Positions 10,281-19,860 are shown, numbered from the stretch's first letter. The stretch is DNA of 64,000 bases from Candidatus Latescibacterota bacterium (GCA_965222075.1 OZ244937.1:4448001-4512000); one strand, 5' to 3'. The notes: generated by a model from the sequence alone, not told the origin. Translations and numbers: made by a program.

Positions 10281-11045
10281 ATGGAATCGTTCAACTGGTG
10301 GCCCGGAGCCCCGCTGCTGCTGCTGCTCTTCCTCATCCTCCTCGCCAGCGCCGTCCGCATCCTCCGAGAATACGAGCGGGCCGTCATCTTCCGTCTGGGC
10401 CGCCTCATCGGCGCAAAGGGCCCCGGGCTGATCCTCCTCATCCCCCTCGTAGACCGCATGGTCCGCGTCAGCCTGCGGGTCGTCGCCCTGGACGTGCCCC
10501 CCCAGGACGTGGTGACCAGAGACAATGTCGCCCTCAAGGTCAACGCGGTCCTCTACTTCCGGGTTATCCGCTCGGACGACGCCATTGTGCGGGTAGAAGA
10601 CTTCATTCAAGCCACATCCCAGATGGCCCAGACCACGTTGCGCAGCGTTGTGGGCGAACACGAATTAGACGATCTGCTGGCCGACCGGGAGCGGATCAAC
10701 CAGCAACTCCAGCGCATCATCGATGAGCGCACCGACCCCTGGGGCATCAAGGTCACGGCCGTAGAGGTCAAAGATGTGGACCTGCCCCAGGAGATGCTAC
10801 GCGCCATTGCCCGGCAGGCCGAAGCCGAACGGGAGCGCCGGGCAAAGGTCATCCATGCCGAGGGAGAGTACCAGGCCGCCGAACGGCTCACGCAGGCCGC
10901 ACAGGTTATGGCCCAGAACGCCGGAGCCCTTCAACTGCGCTACCTCCAGACCCTCACCGAGCTCTCCACAAACCAGGCGTCCACCATCGTCTTTCCCGTG
11001 CCCATCGACCTGCTCAGATCCTTCGGGGGCGGGGGGCAGGACTGA
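10281..11045 (+). CDS. Slipin/stomatin (SPFH/band 7) family protein
   Basis: [56 protein letters not shown]. Confidence 0.95.
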   Translation: MESFNWWPGAPLLLLLFLILLASAVRILREYERAVIFRLGRLIGAKGPGLILLIPLVDRMVRVSLRVVALDVPPQDVVTRDNVALKVNAVLYFRVIRSDDAIVRVEDFIQATSQMAQTTLRSVVGEHELDDLLADRERINQQLQRIIDERTDPWGIKVTAVEVKDVDLPQEMLRAIARQAEAERERRAKVIHAEGEYQAAERLTQAAQVMAQNAGALQLRYLQTLTELSTNQASTIVFPVPIDLLRSFGGGGQD

Positions 11046-11051
11046 ACACAG

Positions 11052-12149
11052 ATGGCGGATGCGCTTGTATACGTCGCCGGGGCGCTGGGCGCCTTCTACC
11101 TGCTCCTGGCCCTCGCCTTCTGGATCGGGCTGCACCGTCTCCAGCCCGGAAACAGCGCCGATTGTCCAACGGTCACCGTGGTGGTCCTGGCCCACAACGA
11201 ATCCCGGAACATCGATGCCTGCCTCCTGGCCCTCTCGGCCCAGGACTATCCATCCGACCATACCGAAGTCATCGTCGTAGACGATCGGTCCACAGACGAC
11301 ACCGCCTGCCGCGCTCGCCAGTGGGCCGGCCGCATCCCCGGCCTCCGGGTCATCTGTGTTGAACATCAGCGCTATCTGTGTCCCAAAAAGAACGCCCTTG
11401 ACCTGGGCATCCGCACCGGAAAGGGCGAACTGATCCTGGCCACCGACGCCGACTGTCGTCCGTCCCCCGGCTGGATCGCCTCCACCGTCCGCTGTTTTGC
11501 GCCCGATGTGGGCATCGTCACAGGCTACGCCCCCCTGATCTCCGCAGGCGGGATCTTACAGGGCCTGCTGGCCCTGCAGGGCCTCATCGTCTCGGCCCTG
11601 GCCGCCGGCAGCGCCGGCGTCGGCTTCCCGCTGACCTGTTCGGGACGCAACCTGGCCTATCGCCGGTCCGCCTTCAACGGTGTGGGCGGGTTCGAGGCCA
11701 TCGGCCACATCCTGGGCGGCGATGATGTCCTCTTGATGCGCCGGATCGCTTCCCGGACAGATTGGAAAGTCCGCTTCAACCCCGAAATCCGGCAGGGCGT
11801 ACCCTCTATCCCACATCCAGACAACCTCTTTCGCCGGCAGGTCCGGTATCAGTCCAAAGCGATCCACACCGGCATTCCGGTCTTGCTTCTGGCCCTTCCT
11901 ATGTATATATTCCATCTGATGCTGGCAGCGGGAGCCGTCGTTTCCTGGCGCCATCCCGCGTTCTGGCCGCCCCTGGGGGCGCTCCTGACGGCCAAGATCC
12001 TGGCCGACGGCCTCTTCCTGTGGACGGCGGCCTCCCGGTTCAACGTCCGGCGCACGATGGGCTGGTTCCCGGCCCTGGAACTCGTCGCGGTTCCCTATGT
12101 CATCCTGTTCTGCGCCCTTGGCGCCTTCAAACCTCTGCGGTGGAAATAA
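11052..12149 (+). CDS. Membrane GT2 glycosyltransferase
   Basis: N-terminal TM, VDDRSTD, TDADC, GDDVLL, RQVRY, C-terminal TMs. Confidence 0.9.
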   Translation: MADALVYVAGALGAFYLLLALAFWIGLHRLQPGNSADCPTVTVVVLAHNESRNIDACLLALSAQDYPSDHTEVIVVDDRSTDDTACRARQWAGRIPGLRVICVEHQRYLCPKKNALDLGIRTGKGELILATDADCRPSPGWIASTVRCFAPDVGIVTGYAPLISAGGILQGLLALQGLIVSALAAGSAGVGFPLTCSGRNLAYRRSAFNGVGGFEAIGHILGGDDVLLMRRIASRTDWKVRFNPEIRQGVPSIPHPDNLFRRQVRYQSKAIHTGIPVLLLALPMYIFHLMLAAGAVVSWRHPAFWPPLGALLTAKILADGLFLWTAASRFNVRRTMGWFPALELVAVPYVILFCALGAFKPLRWK

Positions 12150-12154
12150 GCCCC

Positions 12155-13213
12155 ATGCTCTCTCTGAAACTGCTTCCCAAAACGGTTCTGCGCTACCATC
12201 GCGCTCTCACTGTCCGGCGGGCCTGGAATGCGGCCAGGGTCGTCTCCTCCTTCGCCCTCTCCCGGCTGTTTAAACGGGACATCCAGATGGGCCGGCCTTT
12301 TGTCCTGATGGTGGAACCCACCAATATCTGCAACCTCAAATGTCCCCTCTGCCCCTCCGGCAACGGCGGCCTCACCCGCCCCCGCGGCACCATGGAATTC
12401 GAGGCCTTCCAGACCGCCTTCGAGGCGCTTGCCGACGACCTGCTGCTGCTGCTGCTCTGGAACCAGGGAGAGCCTTTTATCAACAAACGCCTCACCGACA
12501 TGGTCCGCCTGGCAGCAGCCCGCAACGTGCCTACCATCACCAGCACCAACGTCCACTACATCCGCACCCGTGAGGAGGCCGAAGACATCGTCGACTCCGG
12601 CCTGGACGAAATCATCCTCTCCTTGGACGGCGTCACCCCCGAATCTTACGTCAAATACCGTGTCGGGGGCAACTTCGACCGCGTGCTGAGGGGCATCCGG
12701 CTTCTCGTCCAGGCCAAGCGGGACCTGGGCGCCGACCACCCTGTCATCCACCTCCAGTTCATCATTATGAAACACAACGAATCCGAGATCGACGAGGCCC
12801 GCAGGCTGGCGGAAGACCTGGGCGTGGAACGGCTCTCGCTCAAAACTGCTCAGGTCTATACCAGGGATGAAGCAGACGTCTACCTCCCATCGGACAGACG
12901 CTTTAGCCGGTACCGCTCCGGCGCCGAAACCCTCACCATGAACGGCAAAATCACCAACTCCTGCCGGCACCTCTGGTACAGCACGGTCATCAACTGGGAC
13001 GGCGTCGTATCCCCCTGCTGCTTCGACAAAGACGTCCACTACGGCCTGGGCAACGTCCTCAACGGCCAGACCTTCGACCAGGTCTGGACCGGGAAGGCCT
13101 ACACCGACTTTCGAAATCACATTCTAAAAGACCGGGCATCCGTGCCCATCTGCAACAACTGCTCCGAAGGCCTCAAGGGCCTCTTCTACGACATTGAAGA
13201 GGTCAAGCGATAA
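12155..13213 (+). CDS. Radical SAM protein with SPASM/Twitch domain
   Basis: CNLKCPLC, GEP motif, C-terminal C...INWDG.V.PCC.D...G....CNNC. Confidence 0.9.
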   Translation: MLSLKLLPKTVLRYHRALTVRRAWNAARVVSSFALSRLFKRDIQMGRPFVLMVEPTNICNLKCPLCPSGNGGLTRPRGTMEFEAFQTAFEALADDLLLLLLWNQGEPFINKRLTDMVRLAAARNVPTITSTNVHYIRTREEAEDIVDSGLDEIILSLDGVTPESYVKYRVGGNFDRVLRGIRLLVQAKRDLGADHPVIHLQFIIMKHNESEIDEARRLAEDLGVERLSLKTAQVYTRDEADVYLPSDRRFSRYRSGAETLTMNGKITNSCRHLWYSTVINWDGVVSPCCFDKDVHYGLGNVLNGQTFDQVWTGKAYTDFRNHILKDRASVPICNNCSEGLKGLFYDIEEVKR

Positions 13214-13246
13214 GCAGAATCGGGGCTCTTCAATCCGAAATTTTCC

Positions 13247-14380
13247 ATGGACCTGTTCACCTGGGCGCTCCTTGTCTCAACGGTGCTCTACACATGCGCC
13301 GCCACTGCCATTTTCATCGGGCTCTTTCAATGCAGAATGGGCGCCAGTAAGGCGCGCCCCTTTGTTTCGGTGGTCGTTGCCGCTCGGAATGAAGAGAACC
13401 ACATCGAAGGCTGCCTGAACCGGCTCGTCCGCCAGACCTATCCCGAGGATCGTTATGAAATCCTGGTGGTAGACGACGATTCGGACGACCGGACCCCCGA
13501 AATCGTCGCCCGGATTGTCGCCGCGCATGCCCCTGTCCGCTGCCTGTCGGTGGGAGATGCTTTTCCCCACATGGCAGCCAAAAAGCGGCCCCTGTCCGTT
13601 GGCATCCGGGAGGCCCGGGGAGAGATCATCCTGACTACAGACGCCGACTGCCAGGTGCCTCCCACCTGGATCGCTGGCATGGTCGCCTGCTTTGAACCCG
13701 ATGTAGGCGCCGTCATTGGATTTTCCCAGGTCAAGACACCCGGAAGCCCCTTAACGCCCTTCGAGCGTCTCCAGGGGCTTGATTTCCTGGCCCTCATGTC
13801 TGTTTCGGCCGGGGCGGCCAACCTCGGACTGCCCCTTGCCGCTTCGGGACAAAACCTGGCCTACCGGAAGGCCCTCTTCGAAGGGGTCGGCGGCTTTCGG
13901 ACAATCGCACACCGGTCCTCGGGAGACGATGTCCTCCTGCTCCAGTTGATGCGTCGAGCAAACAACGGTCGGATCGTCTTTGCGGTCCACCCCGAGACCT
14001 TTGTGAGCACCTGGCGTACAGAGTCTTTCGGAGGGTTCTGGCAGCAGCGCAGGCGGTGGGCCTCCAACGCCTTCTATCAACTGCGGTTGAACCGGCCCTT
14101 CTTCATCTACATCACCGCCGTATTCCTGGTGAACCTTCTGGCCCCTCTTGGCCTGGTCACAGGGATCTTTGCGGGCGGATGCCTCTTCCCCCTCGCATGC
14201 TGGGCGGCGAAGGCCGTTGCTGATCTGGCCGTGACCTGGAAAGGCGCCAGGACCTTTGGACGGAGCGATCTCCTGCCGGCGCTGCCCGCCTGGGAAATCC
14301 TCCAGGCCCCCTACACTGTACTGGTGGGCCTGGCCGGTAGTCTTACCGGCTTCACCTGGAAAGACAGGCAGTACCAGTGA
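13247..14380 (+). CDS. Membrane GT2 glycosyltransferase (paralogue of 11052 gene)
   Basis: VVAARNE, VDDDSDD, TDADC, SGDDVLL, QRRRW. Confidence 0.9.
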   Translation: MDLFTWALLVSTVLYTCAATAIFIGLFQCRMGASKARPFVSVVVAARNEENHIEGCLNRLVRQTYPEDRYEILVVDDDSDDRTPEIVARIVAAHAPVRCLSVGDAFPHMAAKKRPLSVGIREARGEIILTTDADCQVPPTWIAGMVACFEPDVGAVIGFSQVKTPGSPLTPFERLQGLDFLALMSVSAGAANLGLPLAASGQNLAYRKALFEGVGGFRTIAHRSSGDDVLLLQLMRRANNGRIVFAVHPETFVSTWRTESFGGFWQQRRRWASNAFYQLRLNRPFFIYITAVFLVNLLAPLGLVTGIFAGGCLFPLACWAAKAVADLAVTWKGARTFGRSDLLPALPAWEILQAPYTVLVGLAGSLTGFTWKDRQYQ

Positions 14381-14451
14381 GGAAATTGAAGATTTTTCAA
14401 TATTCAATTCTGGCAATATCCAATATTCAATTCTCCGTGGTGAGCAGGAAT

Positions 14452-15579
14452 TTGATCTGGACACTCATCCTGTATTTCTGCCTGCTCACCGGCTCCGCAT
14501 ATGCCCAAAGACCCCGTGTCCGGGACCTCGGCATAAACATCGGCACGCTCTTACCCGGTCCCCACAACGCCATCACCGACGTCGCCGGGGTCCTGGTCGG
14601 CCATGTCACCCTCATCAGCGGCGAAGGCGAACTCGTTGTCGGCAGGGGTCCTGTGCGCACCGGGGTCACCGCTGTTCTGCCGCACGGAGACGACATCTAC
14701 CAGAACCAGGTCTTCGCCGCCGCTGATGTGCTCAACGGCAACGGCGAGATGACCGGCGTGGAATGGGTCAACGAACGGGGCCTGCTGGAAGTCCCGGTTG
14801 TGCTTACCAACACCCTCAGCGTGGGCACCGCCTACAACGGCGTGGTCGCCTACATGCTCAAACAGGACACCGACCGGGTGCCCCTCCCTGTCGTCGCGGA
14901 GTGTTACGACGGCGGCCTCAACGACATTGCCGGCCGGCACGTCAAAGAAGCACACGTTATCCAGGCCATCGAATCCGCCCGGGGAGGGCCGGTGCCCGAA
15001 GGGTCTTCAGGCGCAGGCACCGGCATGCGCGCCTACGGCTTCAAAGCCGGCATTGGCACCGCCTCCCGGGTGCTGCCCGAAGACCGGGGAGGCTACATCC
15101 TCGGCGTGCTGGTCAATGCCAACTGCGGCCGTCGTCCCGAGTTGCTTGTCGCTGGCCTGCCCGTGGGCCTGGAACTTGCGCTTCAAACGCCTTCCCGCAC
15201 ACGCGACGGTTCAATCATTATCCTGGTTGCCACCAATGCCCCGCTCATCCCCATCCAGCTCCGCCGACTCTGCAAACGGGCGGCCCTGGGCCTGGCGCGG
15301 ACCGGCACTGTCTCGCGCACCAGCAGCGGCGACCTTATCCTCGCCTTCTCCACGGCCCACCGTATTCCCCGCAACCGGGCGGCCCTGGACAGCGTGCGCA
15401 CCCTCCGGGACAGCCGCCTCACCCCCCTCTTCCAGGCCACCGTCGAGGCCACCGAAGAGGCCATCTTAAATGCCCTCTGCAGGGCCGATACCATGGTCGG
15501 CCGCGACAACAACACCATACCCGGCCTGCCCCTGGACTGGCTTGTTGAGGTCCTGAAACGACACGGCCGGATTAAATAA
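14452..15579 (+). CDS. P1/S58 family peptidase (DmpA-like), with signal peptide
   Basis: GPHNAITDVAGV.VGH, RTGVTAV, PVVAECYDG.LND, autocleavage DG-SII, ATNAPL, EATEEAILNAL; start approximate (ORF opens 14377). Confidence 0.9.
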   Translation: MIWTLILYFCLLTGSAYAQRPRVRDLGINIGTLLPGPHNAITDVAGVLVGHVTLISGEGELVVGRGPVRTGVTAVLPHGDDIYQNQVFAAADVLNGNGEMTGVEWVNERGLLEVPVVLTNTLSVGTAYNGVVAYMLKQDTDRVPLPVVAECYDGGLNDIAGRHVKEAHVIQAIESARGGPVPEGSSGAGTGMRAYGFKAGIGTASRVLPEDRGGYILGVLVNANCGRRPELLVAGLPVGLELALQTPSRTRDGSIIILVATNAPLIPIQLRRLCKRAALGLARTGTVSRTSSGDLILAFSTAHRIPRNRAALDSVRTLRDSRLTPLFQATVEATEEAILNALCRADTMVGRDNNTIPGLPLDWLVEVLKRHGRIK

Positions 15580-15585
15580 GGCAAA

Positions 15586-15605
15586 GGGCGACCCGTTGGT
15601 CGCCC
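15586..15605. repeat. REP-like palindrome
   Basis: GGGCGACC-CGTT-GGTCGCCC; related to 27046-27072 and 38771-38789. Confidence 0.5.
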
Positions 15606-15618
15606 ACGGAGATTCCGC

Positions 15619-17085
15619 ATGGCCCAGTTGCCCATCATCCTCGGCCTCTCCCTTTACATCCTCTTCACCCTCCTGGTTGGACTCTACGCCGGAAGGCGGG
15701 TCAAAGCCTCTGCCGACTTCATCGTCGCCGGACGGCGACTGGGCATCATTCTGGCTACCGGCACCCTGGCCGCCACCTGGTTTGGCGGCGGTATCGTCAT
15801 CGGCGCAGCCAGCGAAGCCTACAAACACGGGTTCCTGGGCGTCATCGCCGACCCCTTCGGCGCGGCCCTCTGCCTCTTTCTCGCCGGGCTCTTCTACGTG
15901 CGCATCCTGCGCCGCATGGGGCTTACCACCATCGCCGGCTTCTTCGAGATCCGCTTTGGAAAGCAGGCCGGGCTCATCGCCGCGCTCTGCACAATTCCCG
16001 CCTATGTGGGGTGGGTGGCCTCCCTGATGGTCGCCTTTGGCCGGGTCATCCAGTCTTTAATCGGCCTGGACCCGACCCTGGGCATCTGCATCGGGGCCGC
16101 GATCGTCCTGGTCTACACAGCCGCGGGCGGCATGTGGGCCGTCACCCTCACCGATTTTCTCCAGGTCGCCGTCCTCACCCTGGGCCTGGTGGTCATCGCC
16201 CCCCTCCTGATCCAGGACATGGGAGGCTGGTCTGCGGTTCGGATGCAGATTTCCGACGATCGGTTCTACCTCTATCCCCGCAATGCCGATTTCACCGCGT
16301 GGTTCAACTATGCCCGCGACTGGCTTGTGATCGGCCTGGGCAACCTGGCCGGACAGGATCTCATCCAGCGCAGCCTCTCCAGCCGAAACGAATCGGTCGC
16401 CCAGAACAGCGCCTATCTGGCAGGGCTGCTTTACGTCACTGTGGGCCTCCTGCCGGTCTTTCTGGGCATTGCAGGCGCTGTCATCTTTCCCGACCTGGCC
16501 GACCCCGACCTGGTGATGATGAAGTTGGGAATGAAGTACCTCTCGCCCATAGGCGTCGCCGTCTTCTTAGGCGCCCTGGTCTCGGCCCTGATGAGCAGCG
16601 CCGACAGCGCCCTGCTGGCCCCCGCCAGCGTGATCGGATGGGACCTGGTCCGGTACTTTCGCCCCCACACGGAGGAACGCCGCACCCTCCAGATCTGCCG
16701 CTGGAGCGTGCCCGTACTCGGCCTCGCCTCCCTCTACCTGGCCCTGGCTCACAACACGGTTTACTCCCTTATGGTCGATTCCTGGTCGATCCTCCTGGCC
16801 ACCCTCTTTGTGCCTCTCACCGCCGGCATCTGGTGGCCCCGGGCCAATGCTCCGGGCGCGCTGGCCAGCATGGGCGCCGGTCTGATCGCCTGGCTGCTCC
16901 TGCTTCGGGCCGTCCCCAACCTGCCCGCGGACCTGCTGGCCGTCCCGGTCGCCCTCATTTGCCTGGTACTCGTCAGTCTGGCCACGTCGCGCACCACTCC
17001 GCCCAGGCCCCTGGCCGACGCCTCGGGCCGCCCCCTGGCTTTCCAGGACCGGCTCGGACTGCGCGGTTGTTCTTCCGTATTCTGA
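15619..17085 (+). CDS. Sodium:solute symporter family protein
   Basis: DFIVAGRRL, ATWFGG, GGMWAVTLTDFLQ, QDLIQR, SALMSSADS; many TMs. Confidence 0.93.
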   Translation: MAQLPIILGLSLYILFTLLVGLYAGRRVKASADFIVAGRRLGIILATGTLAATWFGGGIVIGAASEAYKHGFLGVIADPFGAALCLFLAGLFYVRILRRMGLTTIAGFFEIRFGKQAGLIAALCTIPAYVGWVASLMVAFGRVIQSLIGLDPTLGICIGAAIVLVYTAAGGMWAVTLTDFLQVAVLTLGLVVIAPLLIQDMGGWSAVRMQISDDRFYLYPRNADFTAWFNYARDWLVIGLGNLAGQDLIQRSLSSRNESVAQNSAYLAGLLYVTVGLLPVFLGIAGAVIFPDLADPDLVMMKLGMKYLSPIGVAVFLGALVSALMSSADSALLAPASVIGWDLVRYFRPHTEERRTLQICRWSVPVLGLASLYLALAHNTVYSLMVDSWSILLATLFVPLTAGIWWPRANAPGALASMGAGLIAWLLLLRAVPNLPADLLAVPVALICLVLVSLATSRTTPPRPLADASGRPLAFQDRLGLRGCSSVF

Positions 17086-17119
17086 CTTCTGTATTCCGGA
17101 TGGAGGGGCGGTGGCGTTT

Positions 17120-17881
17120 TCACGTCTTTTTGCTTCCAACCCGATTGATTCGGCTGGCCGCAACCCCGGCGCCGAAACCGTTGTCGATATTGACCACGGT
17201 CACCCCCGGCGCGCAACTGTTCAGAATGCCCAGAAGCGCCGCCAGGCCACCAAAACTGGCACCGTAGCCGATGCTGGTCGGCACTGCCACAACCGGAACA
17301 TCCACCAGTCCTCCCACCACGCTGGCCAGCGCCCCTTCCATGCCGGCGGCCACCACAATCACGCTCGCCTCTGAGATCTTCTCCTGGTGGGCCAGCAGCC
17401 GGTGGATGCCAGAAACGCCCACATCGTAGAGCTTCTCCACCCGGTTGCCCATCACCTCGGCCGTAACTACTGCTTCCTCGGCCACGGGCAGGTCCGACGT
17501 CCCCGCCGAAATCACCAGCACCGTTCCATCCGCAACCTCTGCCTCTTCCCCGCGAACCACAACCGTTCGCGCCACCTTGTTGTATTCTGCGCCCTGCAGG
17601 GCCGCCAGCAGCGCCTCTCCCGTGCCGCTCTCCGCCCGGGTGGCCAGCAGCGTTGATCCCGCAGCCACGATCCGCCGTGAAATCTCCACCACCTGCTCCA
17701 CCGTCTTGCCCTCGCACAGCACCACCTCCGGAAACCCCTGGCGCATTGCCCGGTGGTGGTCTATACGGGCGAACCCCAGGTCTTCGAAGGGCAGCCTTTC
17801 AAGCCGGGCCATGGCCTCTTCTACCCCCACAGCCCCTGCCTTCACCTCATCTAAGAGCCTTCGAATCCGTTTGGGCGTCAC
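17120..17881 (-). CDS. larB: Nickel pincer cofactor biosynthesis protein LarB
   Basis: DLGFARIDHHR..RQGFPEVV..EGK, AGTSDLPVAEEA, DVGVSGIHRL, AGMEGAL, VPTSIGYG, NIDNGFGA; GTG start 17881. Confidence 0.93.
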   Translation of the reverse strand: MTPKRIRRLLDEVKAGAVGVEEAMARLERLPFEDLGFARIDHHRAMRQGFPEVVLCEGKTVEQVVEISRRIVAAGSTLLATRAESGTGEALLAALQGAEYNKVARTVVVRGEEAEVADGTVLVISAGTSDLPVAEEAVVTAEVMGNRVEKLYDVGVSGIHRLLAHQEKISEASVIVVAAGMEGALASVVGGLVDVPVVAVPTSIGYGASFGGLAALLGILNSCAPGVTVVNIDNGFGAGVAASRINRVGSKKT

Positions 17882-17991
17882 CTTCTGGTCCCCTCGTTCC
17901 TTACCCAGGGCCACGATCAGGGCGTGGCGATCTGACAGCGATTTCTCTCTGGGGGCATATGAAAAACAAACCAACAAGATAAGTCAATAAA

Positions 17992-18034
17992 ATAAAAAGC
18001 GCCCGAACCCCTTGAGATCCGCACGCCTTTTTTT
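17992..18034 (-). terminator. Probable intrinsic terminator of the 42-aa ORF
   Basis: Imperfect GC stem-loop followed by TTTTTATT on the minus strand. Confidence 0.45.
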
Positions 18035-18052
18035 GTTCTGGTGCTCTGTGCA

Positions 18053-18181
18053 TCAGTTGGGGTGAATCCACAACCTTTTCCACTGCCGCATCACGTACAT
18101 ATGGCGCCTCGCCCGGGCATACCGCTCTAAGATCTCGATCACCTTCAAACGCAGCGCCAGCTTGCGCAGATCCACTTTCAT
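18053..18181 (-). CDS. Unannotated 42-aa basic small protein MKVDLRKLALRLKVIEILERYARARRHMYVMRQWKRLWIHPN
   Basis: RBS AAGGAGGT before ATG, dedicated promoter at 18227-18255, downstream hairpin; below the ORF-track size cut-off. Confidence 0.7.
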   Translation of the reverse strand: MKVDLRKLALRLKVIEILERYARARRHMYVMRQWKRLWIHPN

Positions 18182-18226
18182 AACGACCTCCTTCCCGAAA
18201 ACAATCAGTCGGAGACCCTCTTACTC

Positions 18227-18255
18227 ATAATAAGGCCGTCCCCCTCAAAAGTCAA
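18227..18255 (-). promoter_or_regulatory. sigma70-type promoter for the 42-aa ORF
   Basis: TTGACT, 17 bp, TATTAT on minus strand. Confidence 0.65.
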
Positions 18256-18338
18256 GCCGTAAACCCAGTCCTTGATTTTTATCTCGTATCTCGTATCTTT
18301 TGCTGACCCTCAACTGAATTTTGGATTGCGGATCTACC

Positions 18339-18421
18339 GGACGATTGGCTAACGCCTGCCTGCCGAGCATCCATCCGGCGCAGGCAGGTCTCCGGCGGGC
18401 TGGCGCCACCGGATCGTCTCC
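18339..18421. repeat. Dispersed intergenic element, copy 3 (single 34-bp cassette at 18355-18388)
   Basis: GGACGATTGGCTAACG-CCTGCCTGCCGAGCATCCATCCGGCGCAGGCAGG-TCTCCGGCGGGCTGGCGCC...GGATCGTCTCC. Confidence 0.85.
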
Positions 18422-18483
18422 CTTCCCTGGAATAAAGGCGCTGCAATCCGAAATCAGAAATCCTTTTCTGCCCTGGAGGCCCC

Positions 18484-19245
18484 ATGTCCGAGAACAAACT
18501 CAAGACCAAGCTCAAAAATGGAGAGGTGGTCCTGGGCCCCTTCGTCAACCTCGGCCCCGGCGCCCTCATCGAAATTGCGGCCTATGCCGGATTCGACTTC
18601 GTCATCATCGACACCGAACACGGCCCCCTCGACATTCCAACCGCAGAAGACCTCTGCCGGGTGGCGCACGGCGCGGACATCACCCCGATCGTCCGGGTTC
18701 GGGAGAACGACCCGCCGCAGATCCTCCGGGCCCTCGATATCGGCGCGGCGGGCGTGCAGGTCCCCCAGATCTGCTCAAAAGCCGACGCCGAGGCCCTCGT
18801 CCGCGCGGCCAAGTACGCCCCCCTGGGACTGCGCGGCGTATCTCCCTACACCAGGGCGGCACGCTATTTTGCCGACGGCCCTCAGATCTTTGACCGGCTC
18901 AACGAAGAATCGATGGTCTTAATCCACGTAGAAGGCGTAGAAGGCCTTGAAAACCTGAGAGATATCACCTCTGTTCCCGGCCTCGACGTCATCTTCCTGG
19001 GCCCCTACGACCTTTCGCAATCCCTCGGTATCCCCGGCCAGGTCAACGATCCCCGGGTGGTGGATCGGATGAAAGAGGCCGCAGTACAGATCAGCAGGGC
19101 CGGCCTAACCGTGGGCACCTTTGCCGACGGCCCCGAAGCCGCCAAACGCTGGATTGACGCGGGCGTCCGCTATGTGGCCCTCTCTGTGGACACCGGCATC
19201 TACCTCCACGGCTGTCGGAGCATGGTCCAGGCCGTGAGGGGATAG
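18484..19245 (+). CDS. HpcH/HpaI aldolase family protein
   Basis: GFDFVIIDTEHGP, RALDIGAAGV.VP, KYAPLGLRG, FLGPYDLSQSLG. Confidence 0.92.
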   Translation: MSENKLKTKLKNGEVVLGPFVNLGPGALIEIAAYAGFDFVIIDTEHGPLDIPTAEDLCRVAHGADITPIVRVRENDPPQILRALDIGAAGVQVPQICSKADAEALVRAAKYAPLGLRGVSPYTRAARYFADGPQIFDRLNEESMVLIHVEGVEGLENLRDITSVPGLDVIFLGPYDLSQSLGIPGQVNDPRVVDRMKEAAVQISRAGLTVGTFADGPEAAKRWIDAGVRYVALSVDTGIYLHGCRSMVQAVRG

Positions 19246-19262
19246 GACGGGCGCCTTACCCT

Positions 19263-19307
19263 AAAAAGGTGGGACGATCCTCAAAAACGGACCGTCCCAC
19301 CTTTTTT
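19263..19307. terminator. Bidirectional intrinsic terminator
   Basis: AAAAAGGTGGGACG...CGTCCCACCTTTTTT between convergent genes. Confidence 0.85.
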
Positions 19308-19326
19308 CTGCTGCAAAGGACAGAGA

Positions 19327-19785
19327 TTACGAATCGTCGTCGCTGCTCAACGGGAGGCCTTCGGTTGTAAGCACGCGGCGTCTTGGGCGGTCCACCATCG
19401 AGGGATTTCTCTCCCGTATCTCCTGGCACTCCAGAGTATACCGCGCGGTCGGGATCGCTTTTAAACGGGCTTCATTGATCGGCTCTCCGGAGTCCTCACA
19501 GATCCCGTAGGTCCCGTTCTCGATCTTCGCCAGCGCATGGTCGATTTCCGCCAGTTCGACCCTCTCGTTATTTCCCAGGGTGGACATCAACTCCAAAGAG
19601 GACGCGTAGCCCGCCATATCGAGTGGATCGGCCGAATGATCGCCCCGCAATTCGTCGATATCATCATCCTGCGTAAGCACCTGTTTTAAAAGCTCTTTCT
19701 TCCGATCTGAGAGCAAATTTTGGTAAAAGGTCAGCTTCTTTTTGGGCATTCTCCTGGCCGCTTTTTTCGTCGTTTTCTTGGCCAT
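19327..19785 (-). CDS. dksA: DksA/TraR family RNA polymerase-binding factor with degenerate zinc finger
   Basis: Coiled-coil tip DPLDMA (DxxDxA), IDHALAKIENGTYGICEDSGEPINEARLKAIPTARYTLECQE. Confidence 0.88.
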   Translation of the reverse strand: MAKKTTKKAARRMPKKKLTFYQNLLSDRKKELLKQVLTQDDDIDELRGDHSADPLDMAGYASSLELMSTLGNNERVELAEIDHALAKIENGTYGICEDSGEPINEARLKAIPTARYTLECQEIRERNPSMVDRPRRRVLTTEGLPLSSDDDS

Positions 19786-19860
19786 AAGCCTATCTGAACC
19801 TCCTGTATACCGAATACCGGCCTGCTCCAGTATCTTACTGTCTATGTTAGATCGGCAGCC

